Assembly: GCA_963666055.2 (NCBI GenBank)
Contig: CAXWPH010000001.1
Span: forward strand, 32,001 to 96,000
Reading direction: 5' to 3'
DNA length: 64,000 nt
From: Acidobacteriota bacterium
Lineage (GTDB): Bacteria > Acidobacteriota > UBA890 > WLXD01
Shown: one piece after another, positions 30,063 through 38,810 of the stretch
Numbering within the stretch: position 1 is the stretch's first letter
Layout: each line of letters starts with the position of its first letter
Notes under the pieces: generated by a model
Databases searched by the model: none
What the model saw: only the letters and a program-made list of their open reading frames with translations
Told to the model about the DNA's origin: nothing
Program-made: the position numbers and the translations under genes

Positions 30063-31403
30063 CTAGCTCCAGGGGTAGGGGCTGTTGGACACCGGGTGCA
30101 ATTTCCCCGCGGCATAACGCGAGAAGCGAAACGGCTCGAGCAACACGCTTCGATTGCCAACGATCTCCTCCGCCACGAGCTTGCCGACACCGAGCATCTT
30201 GTAGCCGTGGTTGGAGTCGGCGATGAAGTAGCAGTTGCCGCGGAAGACATCGAATACCGGGAAGCTGTCTGCCGTGAACGAGCCGATACCGCCTGACGGC
30301 TCCTCGCCGCGGAACAGAGCGGACTTGCCAGCGAAGCGCTCCTGGCAAAACGCCAGCGCCGAGCACCACATGTTGGCGAAATCCTCGCCGACGATGAAGT
30401 CGGGCGATTTGGGCCCGTATGGATCGACTGCCACATCATCGGCATCCTTGTCGACCTTGTAGGGCATGGCGCCACCTTGAACGCCCCCGAAGTTGAAGTC
30501 CGGTTTGTAGTAGATGCCCCATATCTGGTCGGTGATCAGCGAGCCATCGAGGTCGGAGTAGAGCGGCGCGTCGGTGTCGATGTGCACCACCGGGGGCAAC
30601 TCGCCGTCGTTTGTCCGCTGGAGATCAGGCTCGACGCCGAGCGTGCCCTCTTGCAGGCACCAGTAACGCCACATTGGGATGTTCTCGTGCACGGTGCCGT
30701 TGTCGTTGACGGTGATGGTCTTGGGCAGCTCGAGCATGTCCCAGATGTGCTTCACCCACGGGCCCACACCCACGACGACGTAATCGGTGCGGATCGTCCC
30801 CTGGTCGGTCTCCACGGCGGTGATTCCGGCATCGGTGTACTGGAAGCCGGCAACTTTCACCCCGGAGTGGATCGTCACCCCGACGCCTTCCGCCTTGCCG
30901 GCAAGCCCGAGCATCGACGCCATGTTGTTGGCGTAACCACCCTTCTTCTCGTGCAAGACGGAGGTGATTCCACGAGCCCTCCAGTCGTGGAACAGACCCT
31001 TCATGTATTTCTCGGACTCGGCCGCTCCGACAATGAGCTCGGATTCGTAACCGATCGCCTTCTGTTGCTCGTAGATCTGCGCGACATCGGCCTCCATCAC
31101 GGCCGGACTGATCTGCATGTAGCCGACCGGATGATAGCTATACGCTTCCGGGTCGCTGTCCCATACCTCGACGCTATGCGCCATTAGCTCGCGCATTGCC
31201 GGCTGAAAATAGTTGTTGCGGATTACGCCGCAGGCAATCCCCGACGCTCCGGCGCCGACGCCTTCCTTGTCGAGCACGATAATGTCGGCCCCACTTCCCT
31301 GCCCCCGTGCTTTCAGCTCAAGCGCCAGATGATAGGCGGTGCTCAGGCCGTGAATGCCGGCACCGATGACGACGTACTTGCTTGCTTCCGGTAAAGAGCT
31401 CAT
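30063..31403 (-). CDS. DAO/sarcosine-oxidase-beta-family FAD-dependent oxidoreductase
   Basis: VVIGAGIHGLSTAYHLA, GASGIACGVIRNNY, DSNHGYKM, EPFRFSRY. Confidence 0.85.
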   Translation of the reverse strand: MSSLPEASKYVVIGAGIHGLSTAYHLALELKARGQGSGADIIVLDKEGVGAGASGIACGVIRNNYFQPAMRELMAHSVEVWDSDPEAYSYHPVGYMQISPAVMEADVAQIYEQQKAIGYESELIVGAAESEKYMKGLFHDWRARGITSVLHEKKGGYANNMASMLGLAGKAEGVGVTIHSGVKVAGFQYTDAGITAVETDQGTIRTDYVVVGVGPWVKHIWDMLELPKTITVNDNGTVHENIPMWRYWCLQEGTLGVEPDLQRTNDGELPPVVHIDTDAPLYSDLDGSLITDQIWGIYYKPDFNFGGVQGGAMPYKVDKDADDVAVDPYGPKSPDFIVGEDFANMWCSALAFCQERFAGKSALFRGEEPSGGIGSFTADSFPVFDVFRGNCYFIADSNHGYKMLGVGKLVAEEIVGNRSVLLEPFRFSRYAAGKLHPVSNSPYPWS

Positions 31404-31411
31404 CGAAAACC

Positions 31412-33757
31412 TCAGCTACGAGGACGTTTCTTGCCGGGGTCATAGAACGGGAACTGCACCACGGTCGCCGCGATGCGCTTCTGATGCCCGTCGAGCTTAC
31501 CGACTTCCAGCTCGGCGCCAGGGTCAGCGTGCTCCTTGGCCAACCGGCACAGGGCGATGTTCTTTCGCAGGATGGGAGAGCGCGTGCCGCTGGTGATCAC
31601 TCCCACCTGACTGCGACCGGCGTACACGCCGTCGCCGTGGCCACCGGTCTCGCTGCCTTCGAGCTCCAGGCCGACCAGCAGTCGCTGCGGGTGCGCTTTG
31701 CGCTCGACGAGGGCTGCCCGACCAACGAAATCGTCATCCGTGCTCTCGAGGTCAACGGTGAACCCGATGCCTGCTTCGAACGGATCCACCTGGTCGTCGT
31801 ACTCGTATCCTGGGAAGATCAGCCCCGACTCGATGCGCAAGATGTCGAGAGCATCCAGGCCTAGCGGCGCCAGATCGTGCGGCTCGCCCGCCTCCCAGAT
31901 CGCATCCCAAACGGCAACGGCATCGTTGGGGTGGCACCAGACCTCATAGCCGAGCTCACCCGTGTAGCCGGTTCGGGATACCAGCAGCGGCGTGCCGTCT
32001 GCCGCTGCTACGCGGCCGACGGTAAAGCGGAACCACTTGAGCTCGTCGATGCTCGGCTGGGTGGGCGCGGTCCAGACAACCTCTCGAAGGATATCGCGGC
32101 TACTGGGGCCCTGCACGGCGATGTTGTGGAGCTGTTCCGACGACGACTTGACCCACACCTTGAGCCGCCGTTTCTCGGCCTGTTCACGCAGCCAGATGCC
32201 GTCCGTCGCGTTGCCGCCGATCCAACGGAAGTTGTCGGCGCCGAGGCGGAACAACGTGCCGTCGTCCAGCAGACCGCCGGTCTCATTACACATCGACGTA
32301 TACGACACCTGACCGACGGCTACGCGGCGCACATTGCGGGTGAGCGTCGCCTGCATCAGTGCTTCGGCACCGGGGCCGAGAACCTCGAACTTGCGAAGGG
32401 CCGACAGATCCATCACCACCGCGCCCTCGCGGCAGGCGTAATACTCCTTGATGGCGCCGTAGTCGGTGAATTCCGTCGGCAGCCAGTAGCCGCCATATTC
32501 GGTGAACTTCCGAGTCAACGCCGAGGTACGCGGGTGGAACCCGGTCTCGCGCGTCAGCTTGGGCTCGGCGTCAGGAGTCATCCGATGTGCGATCCCCATC
32601 GAAAAAGAGCTCTTGGCCGGATACACGCGAACGTGCACCTCAGTGGGATTCCAGGCATTGGCAGCATCGATGTCGTCGGGACAAGCCGAGGTCAAACAGA
32701 CGAGATCGGTCAGCGCCCGGAGCAAGACGTAGTCGCCCGGCCGCGACCACGGCTCGTCGAGGTACAGGACGTTGTTGTCGTCGATGCGGGTATTGTAGAA
32801 GAAGTTGATCGCCGGCCAACCTCGCCGCGATGCGATGGTGTATGGATCCAGCGCGGCGCTGAAGTTGTCAGAGCAATTGGCGTGGCCGAAGTAGCCCATG
32901 TCCTCGTAGTACTTCGCCGTGCATGCCAGCCCGAAGGTGTCGTGGCGCCCGACCGTGTCGCGTACGACCTCGAGAAGCGCCTGGAGGTCCTGGTCATAGA
33001 ACTTCGAATACAAGCCGGGCGCTGGGTAGGCCGCACCCATGAACGTCCGAGTAGCCGTGGCGTCGAGACCTTTCTCCACCCCGTTTTGCAAGGCGCCGGA
33101 ACGAAACGCGAGAAAATCCGAGCATTGCCGTCCGGCCACGTCGATAACTTGGATGTACTCGCCGGCCTTCACCTCGTAGGCGCGTGCTGCGGCGCGCTCG
33201 ATGCGCATGTCGAGACGCATATCGCCAAGTGGTGTCGGGAGCGGTACCTTCGGAGTCTCGGTCACCCGGGCCCGCTGAACGATCACCCGCAGGTCGGTCG
33301 GCGGATCCTGCGCATCGACGCGCATCGGACCACCCGGTGCTCCAACAATGCAGATGACGTCACGCTCCGCCGTGAACGACTCCGCCGCTCCCGGAGGCCC
33401 ATCGCCGCGGAACAGCTGCAGCGCCGGCGCACCACGTGGATCGATACCGCGCGCCAGCAGAGCGGCGACCGCGGCGTCCGTATCGGCTTCCCGCTCAGCT
33501 TGCGCAATTCCCAGTACGCCCAGCTTGCTGTCGGCTGCGACGTTGAGCGCGGCGCTGTCCTCGCCGCCGGTTGGAGAGAAGACCGCCAGCTCGCAGCGCT
33601 GCCCGCCCTCGACGTCGGTGATGTCGATGCGGTCACCGGCCGCCAGCGCCACGACCGTGGCGCCACCGCCTGCGACTCGATACCGCTCCCTGCCGGGCGC
33701 CTCGGGGAGCAGGCCTCCCGCGACCCAGCGCGACCCCTCGAGCTGCGACAGGATCAC
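31412..33757 (-). CDS. tdm: trimethylamine N-oxide demethylase (DUF1989 + GcvT aminomethyltransferase domains)
   Basis: 781 aa; GRQCSDF, RHDTFGLAC..NCSDNF..SACPDD metal-binding Cys set, then GcvT DLSALRKFEV and SRTGYTGELGYE; methylamine-cluster context. Confidence 0.85.
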   Translation of the reverse strand: MILSQLEGSRWVAGGLLPEAPGRERYRVAGGGATVVALAAGDRIDITDVEGGQRCELAVFSPTGGEDSAALNVAADSKLGVLGIAQAEREADTDAAVAALLARGIDPRGAPALQLFRGDGPPGAAESFTAERDVICIVGAPGGPMRVDAQDPPTDLRVIVQRARVTETPKVPLPTPLGDMRLDMRIERAAARAYEVKAGEYIQVIDVAGRQCSDFLAFRSGALQNGVEKGLDATATRTFMGAAYPAPGLYSKFYDQDLQALLEVVRDTVGRHDTFGLACTAKYYEDMGYFGHANCSDNFSAALDPYTIASRRGWPAINFFYNTRIDDNNVLYLDEPWSRPGDYVLLRALTDLVCLTSACPDDIDAANAWNPTEVHVRVYPAKSSFSMGIAHRMTPDAEPKLTRETGFHPRTSALTRKFTEYGGYWLPTEFTDYGAIKEYYACREGAVVMDLSALRKFEVLGPGAEALMQATLTRNVRRVAVGQVSYTSMCNETGGLLDDGTLFRLGADNFRWIGGNATDGIWLREQAEKRRLKVWVKSSSEQLHNIAVQGPSSRDILREVVWTAPTQPSIDELKWFRFTVGRVAAADGTPLLVSRTGYTGELGYEVWCHPNDAVAVWDAIWEAGEPHDLAPLGLDALDILRIESGLIFPGYEYDDQVDPFEAGIGFTVDLESTDDDFVGRAALVERKAHPQRLLVGLELEGSETGGHGDGVYAGRSQVGVITSGTRSPILRKNIALCRLAKEHADPGAELEVGKLDGHQKRIAATVVQFPFYDPGKKRPRS

Positions 33758-35151
33758 TGCGACTCCTCGGCCTCCGCGAGCAGTTCCTGGGCCAGCGCGC
33801 TCTTGGCCGCAGCGTCCATCTTCTTGATCTCGTTGTGGAGTACGCGCTCGTTAACCGATTGGTTCCAGTAGTCGATCGAGTCGAACCCCAATAACACCGC
33901 CTTGCCGACAAACTGCCGCAGTACCTCGTTGGTCGGGCCCATGACCCAACCAGCCTTGCCGTCGCGAAGGTAACGCTCGATGCCCAGGCCCGGCTTGTAG
34001 CCGGTTCCGCCACAAGCGTGGAGCATCTTGTCGGCAACGTTGGCGACGTTCTTGGCGGCGGTAAACTTCACCTGCCACATCCAGTGCAGCACGGTCGATC
34101 GCGGCAGCACCGCGACGTCCTCGTGGATCGACCAGTCGCAGTCGTTGGTCTTCTGGTCCATCGCCGCGGTCAACTGGTAGACGAACGCGCGCGACGTGTT
34201 GGTATCGATCACGGCCTCACCAATGTAGTCCTGAATGGTCGGGTAATCGCAGACCCGCATGCCCACGTCGACGTGTTTCTTCTTGGTCGTGTGCCCCTTC
34301 GCGATATCGATCAGACCCATCGATATGCCGTTCCAGCAGGACGACGAGCACGCCAGAAAGAAGGGATCGACGGCCTCGTCATTGGAGCTCGCGCCGTCAC
34401 CGATCCGACCGATGAGACGACCCTCGGGAATCGTCTTGTCCTCTACCTGCAGCGGCCCCGATTGGTTGCCACGCAGACCGAGACCGTCCCAGGTCGATGG
34501 ATCGGCGCTGATCTCGTCGGCCATGATCAGGAAGCACGATAGGTCCGAGTAGTCGCCATCGAAGTTCGGGCTGGTGGTCTGTATGACGTACCAGTCGGCG
34601 AACCCGCCTGAAGTAGTCCACGACGACTTCTTGTTGACCTTCCAGCCGTCCTCGACGCGCTCCGCGCTGGAGGAGAACGGATACCAGAAGTGCGATCCGG
34701 TCTCCGGATCCGAGTACGACAGGGTGCCGATCAGGACCTCATCGTCGAGGCGCCGCATGAGGCTCTGGATGGTCTCGTTACCGTGGGCCCGGAACATCGC
34801 CGCGGCGACAGCGCTGACGTGCATGGTGTAGCACATCGCCGTGCTGGCGCATCCGTACCGAGCTATGGTCTCGACCACCATGGCCATGCAAGTGTGGCTC
34901 TCGCCGCGCCCACCGAGCTCCTTCGGCACCAACAAGCCGAGAAGACCGAGCGATGCGAGAGCCTCGAAGTTCTTGCGCGGAAAGATCAGGTCGCGATCGC
35001 TCTCCACGGCGTTGTCACGCATCGTGCTCTGGCAGAGATCGATGAGCGACGCCTGAAGCTCCTGCTGTTCCGGGGTGAGGATCCATTGCGGATCCCAGTC
35101 GTAGGACAGCCCCCAGAACTCGTCGGCGCCCCACTTCTTGGTTTCGCTCAC
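33754..35151 (-). CDS. acyl-CoA-dehydrogenase-fold flavoprotein, possibly a flavin-dependent monooxygenase
   Basis: VPKELGGRG, SDPETGS, KSSWTTSG, GLRGNQSG, HACGGTGY..IERYLRD; GTGA overlap with the tdm start. Confidence 0.85.
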   Translation of the reverse strand: MSETKKWGADEFWGLSYDWDPQWILTPEQQELQASLIDLCQSTMRDNAVESDRDLIFPRKNFEALASLGLLGLLVPKELGGRGESHTCMAMVVETIARYGCASTAMCYTMHVSAVAAAMFRAHGNETIQSLMRRLDDEVLIGTLSYSDPETGSHFWYPFSSSAERVEDGWKVNKKSSWTTSGGFADWYVIQTTSPNFDGDYSDLSCFLIMADEISADPSTWDGLGLRGNQSGPLQVEDKTIPEGRLIGRIGDGASSNDEAVDPFFLACSSSCWNGISMGLIDIAKGHTTKKKHVDVGMRVCDYPTIQDYIGEAVIDTNTSRAFVYQLTAAMDQKTNDCDWSIHEDVAVLPRSTVLHWMWQVKFTAAKNVANVADKMLHACGGTGYKPGLGIERYLRDGKAGWVMGPTNEVLRQFVGKAVLLGFDSIDYWNQSVNERVLHNEIKKMDAAAKSALAQELLAEAEESQ

Positions 35152-35221
35152 GTCGGCCTCGCGATCAACCCTCGTCGATCGATGTGGGCCGCGTCGCGAC
35201 CCCGCTGGAGAGAAGAACGCC

Positions 35222-35638
35222 TCAGAACTTCTTGTGCCGCTCTCCCAGGTCGTAGAGCGGGTGCTGTGGCGACATTTGGAATTTCAGCAGCAGCTCGCGC
35301 GCCACCATGTCGCGTTCCTGCTGCGAGTCGGGCAGCTCCATGTCTTCCGGGACCACCACCCAGCCGTTGATGTTGCGGTCGAAGACGGCCGAACGACCTT
35401 CCTCGTAGCCCATGTGAACATCTTCCATCCAGTTGAGATCCGGCCAGCCCATGTGTTCGATGTACTTCTCGAGCAGCGGGGTCATCAGCGAGTAGTCCGG
35501 CACCAGGTTGACGTCGTACCGGTAGCCGATGTGCTGACCGATCTCGAGCTCACGGTCGGTGTCCAACCCGCTCGATTTGAGATAGTAGTCGACGTCCTCC
35601 GCTTGGGACTCGCTGTTCTTTTGGGCTTCGTCGCTCAC
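35222..35638 (-). CDS. hypothetical acidic protein (138 aa)
   Basis: Co-oriented ORF 21 bp after mgsC, GTG start with GAGAG upstream, C/G-ending codons like its neighbours. Confidence 0.8.
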   Translation of the reverse strand: MSDEAQKNSESQAEDVDYYLKSSGLDTDRELEIGQHIGYRYDVNLVPDYSLMTPLLEKYIEHMGWPDLNWMEDVHMGYEEGRSAVFDRNINGWVVVPEDMELPDSQQERDMVARELLLKFQMSPQHPLYDLGERHKKF

Positions 35639-35659
35639 GTTGTCTCTCGCTGTGTTGGA

Positions 35660-37003
35660 TCAGAATCGGGTCATTTCAGGGTGGCCGACAGTGTAGCGAG
35701 TGCCCGCAATGGGCACCTCCGCCATAGCCGAGGCCTCGGAGGTCAGCGCCGCCAGGTCTTCCGGCTCCAGTGAGTGGACGTTGGTCTTGCCGCAGGCGCG
35801 CGCCATCATCTGACATTCGATGGTCAGCGTGTGCAGGAAGTTGAACACGCGAATCGCCGCTTCGTCGGGATCCAGACGCTTGCGCAGCTCGGGATCCTGA
35901 GTGGCGACACCCACGGGGCACAAACCGGTGTGGCAGTGGTAGCAGTAGCCCGCCGGCACGCCGATCGTTCCCTCGAAGTCTGCTTCGGGGATGTCGCGGT
36001 TGCAGTTGAGCGCCACCATCGCCGCCGTACCGATCGCAATGGCGTCGGCACCCAGCGCCAGCGCTTTGGCCACATCCGCGCCATTGCGGATGCCGCCGGC
36101 GTAGACCAGCGATATCTCGCCCGTCTTGCCGACGTCGTCGAGCGCGTGCCGTGCCTGCCGGATCGCGGCGATCCCCGGAACGCCAGTCTCCTCGGTGGCG
36201 AGATGGGGCCCGGCCCCGGTGGAGCCTTCCATACCGTCAAGGTAGATGCTGTCCGGGCCCGTCTTGGCGGCCATGCGAACGTCGTCATAGACGCGTGCCG
36301 CTCCGAGCTTCAACTGAATGGGGATCTCGCCGTTGGTGGCCTCGCGGATCTCGTCGATCTTCAGCGCCAGATCATCTGGCCCCAGCCAATCCGGGTGCCG
36401 CGCCGGCGAGCGCTGATCGATCCCCGCCGGCAGGTTGCGCATCTCCGCCACCTGATCGGTGACCTTCTGCCCCATGAGGTGGCCGCCGAGACCCACCTTG
36501 CAGCCCTGTCCGATGAAGAACTCGCAGGCGTCGGCAAGGCGCAAGTGGTGCGGGTTGAATCCGTAACGCGACTGGATGCACTGGTAGAGCCACTTCGACG
36601 AGTACCGGCGCTCGTCGGGCAGCATGCCGCCCTCTCCCGAGCAGGTGGCCGTTCCGGCCATCGTGGCGCCGCGTGCCAGCGCCACCTTCGCCTCGTAGGA
36701 CAGCGCGCCGAAGCTCATTCCGGTGATGTAGATCGGGATGTCCATCAACAGCGGACGCTTCGCTTTGGGGCCGATGACGGTCTCCGTGAGGCACTTTTCA
36801 CGGTAGCCCTCGATGACGAACCGAGTGAGCGTGCCGGGCAGAAAGGTGAGGTCGTCCCAGGTCGGGATCTTCTTGAACAGCGCCATACCGCGCATGCGGT
36901 AACGACCCAGATCCGACTTGATGTGGATGTCATCGATGACGCTGGGCTTGAACACGAAGTTCTGCCCCAGAATGTCCTTGTTACGCTTGCCGTTGTCGGT
37001 CAC
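35660..37003 (-). CDS. mgsC: N-methylglutamate synthase subunit C (FMN-binding glutamate synthase domain)
   Basis: GMSFGALS, SGEGGM, GQGCKVGLGGHLMGQK, DQRSPARHPD, CYHCHTGLCPVG 3Fe-4S motif. Confidence 0.88.
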   Translation of the reverse strand: MTDNGKRNKDILGQNFVFKPSVIDDIHIKSDLGRYRMRGMALFKKIPTWDDLTFLPGTLTRFVIEGYREKCLTETVIGPKAKRPLLMDIPIYITGMSFGALSYEAKVALARGATMAGTATCSGEGGMLPDERRYSSKWLYQCIQSRYGFNPHHLRLADACEFFIGQGCKVGLGGHLMGQKVTDQVAEMRNLPAGIDQRSPARHPDWLGPDDLALKIDEIREATNGEIPIQLKLGAARVYDDVRMAAKTGPDSIYLDGMEGSTGAGPHLATEETGVPGIAAIRQARHALDDVGKTGEISLVYAGGIRNGADVAKALALGADAIAIGTAAMVALNCNRDIPEADFEGTIGVPAGYCYHCHTGLCPVGVATQDPELRKRLDPDEAAIRVFNFLHTLTIECQMMARACGKTNVHSLEPEDLAALTSEASAMAEVPIAGTRYTVGHPEMTRF

Positions 37004-37836
37004 AGCACGATCTTCTTTTCAGTGGGTTCGAGGTTGTCGTAGTTCCACAGCTGTTTGCCGGCGACGATCTTCTGCAGCTTCTCTACGCCGTTGGGCGCCT
37101 TGAGACCGTAGAGGTCGAGCTTACGCTGCAAGAACGCCGCCTCGTGATCGGTCATCTCGCCAGGCACCGCGTCGATGCCCAGCGAAGCGATGTCGCCGCC
37201 GACATAGATGGTCCCGTCGTACATCGAGTCGCCAAGGCTCTCGTCGGCGTCGCCGAGGATGATCATGCGCCCGCGCTGCATCATGAACGCTGACAACATT
37301 CCGGTACGCCCACCGACAATGATCGTTCCGCCTTTCTGATTGATTCCGGTTCGCGCTCCCACGTCGCCGCGGCAGACGAGGTCGCCTCCGCGGATGGCGG
37401 CGCCGAAGCATGACCCGGCGTTCTTCTCCACCACGATCGTGCCTGCCATCATGTTCTCGCCACACGACCAGCCGACCCGGCCTCGGATTCGTACATTCGG
37501 GCCATCGTTCAAGCCGATCCCGAAATAGCCGAGCGAGCCATCGAAGTCCAGCTTCAGCCGGTTGAGGATTCCAACCCCGAGGGAGTGTTTGGCGCCTGGG
37601 TTGCGGACGATGATGTGGCCATGTCCCTCGCCGATGAGCTCGCGGATGCGCACGTTGATCGCACTGGTGTCCATCTCGGCAGCATCAAATTCGGCGGAGT
37701 GATCGAAGTCGACCTCGACACTGTCCGGATAGACGAGATTCTCCCCCTCCTCGGCCCGGAAGAAGGTCTTGTAGGAACGGCCCTTCAGCGGTTCCGCGTG
37801 CACGTCGATCGGTTCACTCGTCGATTGCTTTGCCAT
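37000..37836 (-). CDS. mgsB: N-methylglutamate synthase subunit B (GXGXG/FwdC-like beta-helix)
   Basis: NPGAKHSLGVG, ENMMAG, AFMMQRG, GDSMYDG; lies between mgsA and mgsC. Confidence 0.85.
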   Translation of the reverse strand: MAKQSTSEPIDVHAEPLKGRSYKTFFRAEEGENLVYPDSVEVDFDHSAEFDAAEMDTSAINVRIRELIGEGHGHIIVRNPGAKHSLGVGILNRLKLDFDGSLGYFGIGLNDGPNVRIRGRVGWSCGENMMAGTIVVEKNAGSCFGAAIRGGDLVCRGDVGARTGINQKGGTIIVGGRTGMLSAFMMQRGRMIILGDADESLGDSMYDGTIYVGGDIASLGIDAVPGEMTDHEAAFLQRKLDLYGLKAPNGVEKLQKIVAGKQLWNYDNLEPTEKKIVL

Positions 37837-37838
37837 CG

Positions 37839-38786
37839 CTAGTTGGTGCTCCACACCCGTACCTCACCAGCGTACGGATCGAAGGTATCAATTTCCTCGT
37901 GAAAAACGGTGCGGATCGCGACCTCTTCGGATGCCATGACGATGCAGTCGTCGCTTTCGTACAAGACCATGGGTTTGGCGGCCATCGTGTCCTTGGCCAG
38001 CCCCAGCGCGTCGCTGGTAGCAACCAGGTAGCTGAACACCCCGTCGAGCTCGTCGACCGACTGGTGCATCGCCTCTTCGAGTGACTTGCCGCGTTGGGTC
38101 AGCTCGGCGACGTAGACGGCAATCAGCTCCGAGTCGCAGTCGGAGAGAAAGCGGTGACCGGTGCGCTCGAGCTCACGCCGCTTGCTCCAGTAGTTGGTGA
38201 GCTGACCGTTGTGCACCACGCAAACGTCGCTCACCGGATAAGCCCAGTAGGGATGGGCCGAGCGGATGTCGACGTCCGATTCCGTCGCCATCCGTGTGTG
38301 GCCGATGGCGTGAGTGCCGACGAACTCGCCCATCTCGTACTGATCGCTGACCTCGGTGGCGTCGCCCAGATCCTTGACGAGCTCGAGCGCATTGCCGATC
38401 GAGAGAACCTCGGCACCCTCGACGTCCTCGATGTAGTCGGCCAGACGCACCAGGCTATCGAGCTCGGGATCGAATCGAAGGCGATAGAGGAAGGCGTACT
38501 CAGTCGGCGCCTCGGCCACCTGGATCTCGCCGCCCATGGACTCGATGCGCTCGTCCACCTGCGCCCGGCGCTGCTTGATCAACTCGTGGATCTCGAACCC
38601 GGAGTCGAGATCGTCGCTCTCGGCCACCTTGAAGCGCAACAGCAGCTCGCCTTCAGTCGGCACGCCGTAGAAGGCGAAGCCGGTCGAATCCGGGCCGCGG
38701 TGCTTCATGGCCTGGAGCATGCCGGTCATCTCGGCGCCCACGTTGCCGGTCTTGTTACGGTGAATGATTCCTGCGATTCCACACAT
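37839..38786 (-). CDS. mgsA: N-methylglutamate synthase subunit A (class II glutamine amidotransferase)
   Basis: MCGIAG N-terminal nucleophile, HRGPDSTG, GHTRMATES, VVHNGQLTN, DSE. Confidence 0.88.
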   Translation of the reverse strand: MCGIAGIIHRNKTGNVGAEMTGMLQAMKHRGPDSTGFAFYGVPTEGELLLRFKVAESDDLDSGFEIHELIKQRRAQVDERIESMGGEIQVAEAPTEYAFLYRLRFDPELDSLVRLADYIEDVEGAEVLSIGNALELVKDLGDATEVSDQYEMGEFVGTHAIGHTRMATESDVDIRSAHPYWAYPVSDVCVVHNGQLTNYWSKRRELERTGHRFLSDCDSELIAVYVAELTQRGKSLEEAMHQSVDELDGVFSYLVATSDALGLAKDTMAAKPMVLYESDDCIVMASEEVAIRTVFHEEIDTFDPYAGEVRVWSTN

Positions 38787-38810
38787 CGTTTCGCTATCTC
38801 CGCCGATACG

